Assembly (NCBI GenBank): GCA_965603825.1
Contig: CBFDEM010000044.1
Span: 620,001 to 684,000, forward strand
DNA from: Blepharisma stoltei ATCC 30299
Lineage: Eukaryota; Protista; Ciliophora
DNA length: 64,000 nucleotides
Reading direction: 5' to 3'
Shown: piece by piece, positions 61,694 through 64,000 of the stretch
Numbering within the stretch: position 1 is the stretch's first letter
Layout: each line of letters opens with the position of its first letter
The notes under the pieces: model-generated
Seen by the model: the letters and a program-made list of their open reading frames with translations, nothing else
Told to the model about the DNA's origin: nothing
Databases searched by the model: none
Program-made: the position numbers and the translations under genes

Positions 61694-62951
61694 TTATATC
61701 TGAGTCATCGTTAATTGTAAGCTCTTCATATCAAATTTATGTATTTTACCAGTATAGTCCATGAAATAGCAACTTTGATTGAAATAAACTTGGTATGCTG
61801 CTCTGGAACGATAGCTAATCTGAGATGTTCCTATAATTTTCCAATTGCTTAGTTGATTTGGCTCACTTTCATATATATTTTTTTCGGATTCGATTAAAAA
61901 TACTCGATTTTCTGCCTGGAGCAAAACTTTGTTAGTATTTGCTGCAAAGTTGTGATAGATTTCATTATAAATGTCTTGTTTATGATTATATGAATATAGT
62001 TTGCTACTTTGATTACCAACAAATGCGATTCCATAATTGCCTGCAATACATGAAACTAGACTTAGAACTTCATTCAGAGGACAAATTTTATATCATTTAT
62101 CAGTTGATAATTCATATTTGCTGCTTTATTCAATGCATTACCATAAGCATTAACATCCTCCAAATAAGTAAATAAAGCCATCATGATACACACCACCCAT
62201 ATTTCTTGACGGATCTCCATCTGAAAGCTGTTTAATAGTGCTATCTGGGTACAATATAATGCTGTTCCAGATGGAGGCCGATTGCCATAGCAAAATATAG
62301 ATTTATCAGGAAGAAGACACATAGAAATAGCATTAGGATGGCTAGCATTGTTTTGAAGAATGTCTATCGTCTGCTCAGACTTTGAATAATTGGTCAAATT
62401 AACTCTAACTGAGTTTTTTGTGTCTTTCCTGAAAAATATGTACAATTTCATTGTTTTCAGCATCATCGATTCAATCTTTTTTGTTCAATTCAAAATCGGA
62501 ACTATTAAAACTGCACCCAAACTCATTCAACTTTTTTCGGGCACTGTCTGGATCGAAGGTTAATAGCTTTTCAAGTGGATTTCGATTTATTTTGGTAATT
62601 TTTTACCGAATTAATTTTTCTAATTAAATCAGCTTGATTTATTCTTATTTTCTCAATATTTTCTAGCGCTTTAATAAGTAACAATTTTAATTCTTGTATT
62701 TTCATATGTGTTTCTTTTATTAAGTTTTCTTTTATATCAAGCAATTCTTTTGATAATTTATTCAGCTCTTCAATTAGGGCTTCTTTATATATTTGATTTG
62801 GTTTTAATTCTAAGTATTCAAAGTTGTGCCCTCCAATAGAATCAGCTTCACCATGCTTGTACATGTGGACTTTGCAAGAGTAGCAGGCAGGCTCCACACA
62901 TTTGCAAAGAACTTTAACTTTATTTATGCATCCTTCCTTTCAGCATTCCAT
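61694..62951 (-). pseudogene. Family 1 copy R with several 1-nt indels
   Basis: Full-length homology split over track ORFs 62571..62897, 62074..62466 and 61694..61924. Confidence 0.8.
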
Positions 62952-62954
62952 GAT

Positions 62955-63925
62955 TAAGATAAATTTATAGATTCATAAAAATGAAATTATTAAATAAAGG
63001 CCATTTTTTTCTTAAACATTTCATTTTAATTTATCTAAAAGAAAATTATGCATTTATAAAATATGCAAGAATTACTAAAATCGTTTTGGTTTTAAAATAG
63101 ATAATAATCGGTTAAGCACCAAAAGCATTTGTTCAATGTCTCTAATGATCTTTTATTTCTGTTTGATATTCCAAAATTCTCAATAAAAGTGGTGCATATT
63201 ATTAAGCAGAGTGATATTTAATATATATATTAATTTTGGCATAAACCCACAAAGAAAGAGAAGGATTGAAATGCCTAGAACACTTATTTATGATCAAAGC
63301 AGAGCTTAATAAAGCTGCTCTTTGGTAGGCATATTAGTATAGTATTTTGTTTTGGCATATAATGGGAAATATTATTATGCGTTGGCTTAATTTTACTTAA
63401 TTTTTAAGCTGAATATTAAGAATCTACAACTCAAAAAATGATGCCAATTTTGAATCCAATTGGAGTATTTTAATAGAAAATCCTCCAGAATTTGAAGCAA
63501 ATAAAGTAAAGAATGTGAGCAAGATATTCTACTCAACTTGTGGTAGCGTGAGGAATATCTAAAGCAAGCAGAGTTTATTATATGAATGTAAATTTAAAAG
63601 GGGTCGTGAAGAGCATTAGAAGAAATTGTGATATCACAATTTTATTGCATTTTTTGAAGTTTTAGAAGAGAAGATGAAAATCGTTTTCAAAGAATGTTTC
63701 CACTCAAAAATAACGCATTTTATAACTCAAATAATGCGGAAAATTAGTCAAATCTATACAGAGTTTGCCTTGGACATTATCAAAGCTCTTGATTAGCAAT
63801 AAATCGTTAATTTTAGTCAGTATTGATGATAGGGAAGATTTATAATAAAGATCATTGAAAAAAATTAATGTAGCATAAAACTAATAAAGACTTATTTAAA
63901 TGTACTTGCCGAAAATTCAAGATAA
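62955..63925. repeat. ~1-kb upstream block duplicated at ~24990-26030
   Basis: Shared strings such as AGAGCTTAATAAAGCTGC, TTTTGAATCCAATTGGAGTATTTTAATAG and AAATAATGCGGAAAATTAGTCAAATCTA. Confidence 0.8.
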
Positions 63926-64000
63926 ATAGGATTTTTTATATTAAAAATTACAGGTGAGCTTTATGTTGAAAATGTTTCAAGATAGTGGCTACTTTCAAAT

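Noticed and set aside
27161-62466. Diversity-generating retroelement as the source of hypervariability
   Set aside because: No intact reverse transcriptase or template/variable repeat pair is visible, and changes are not restricted to adenines.
1-64000. Telomeric repeats, rRNA or tRNA genes
   Set aside because: I saw no tandem CCCTAACA-type or C4A2/C4A4 repeats and no recognisable structural RNA sequence; a covariance-model scan would be needed to exclude small RNAs.

Overview
AT-rich eukaryotic DNA, most likely a heterotrich ciliate macronuclear contig of the Blepharisma type. TGA reads as Trp, TAA/TAG are stops, and three 15-nt GT-AG introns can be seen, so the supplied standard-code ORF track fragments most real genes. 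Bases 1 to ~14.2 kb are compact single-copy genes: a cyclin, a 1719-aa repeat-domain type I membrane protein, CHMP1/Did2, an ankyrin-DHHC palmitoyltransferase, a MUL1-like RING E3, a RING-H2 E3, a coiled-coil protein and a TLC-domain protein. The remaining ~50 kb is a fast-turnover array of about 20 copies or fragments of a ~418-aa [Cys/His zinc module]-[coiled coil]-[Kelch-like beta-propeller] gene, TRIM-like but without a RING. Five copies are intact, their predicted propeller loops are hypervariable, and most are trailed by a decayed TLC-gene relic. Embedded in the array are: an intact chimera in which the propeller is replaced by a captured IQ+MORN module; an intact PARP-type Zn finger/F-box/XPA-like/Rab7-like GTPase fusion plus degenerate paralogs; a second Kelch-like family; a decayed polyubiquitin fragment; and a non-LTR retrotransposon relic. 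All domain calls are by eye from motifs; no database searches were run.
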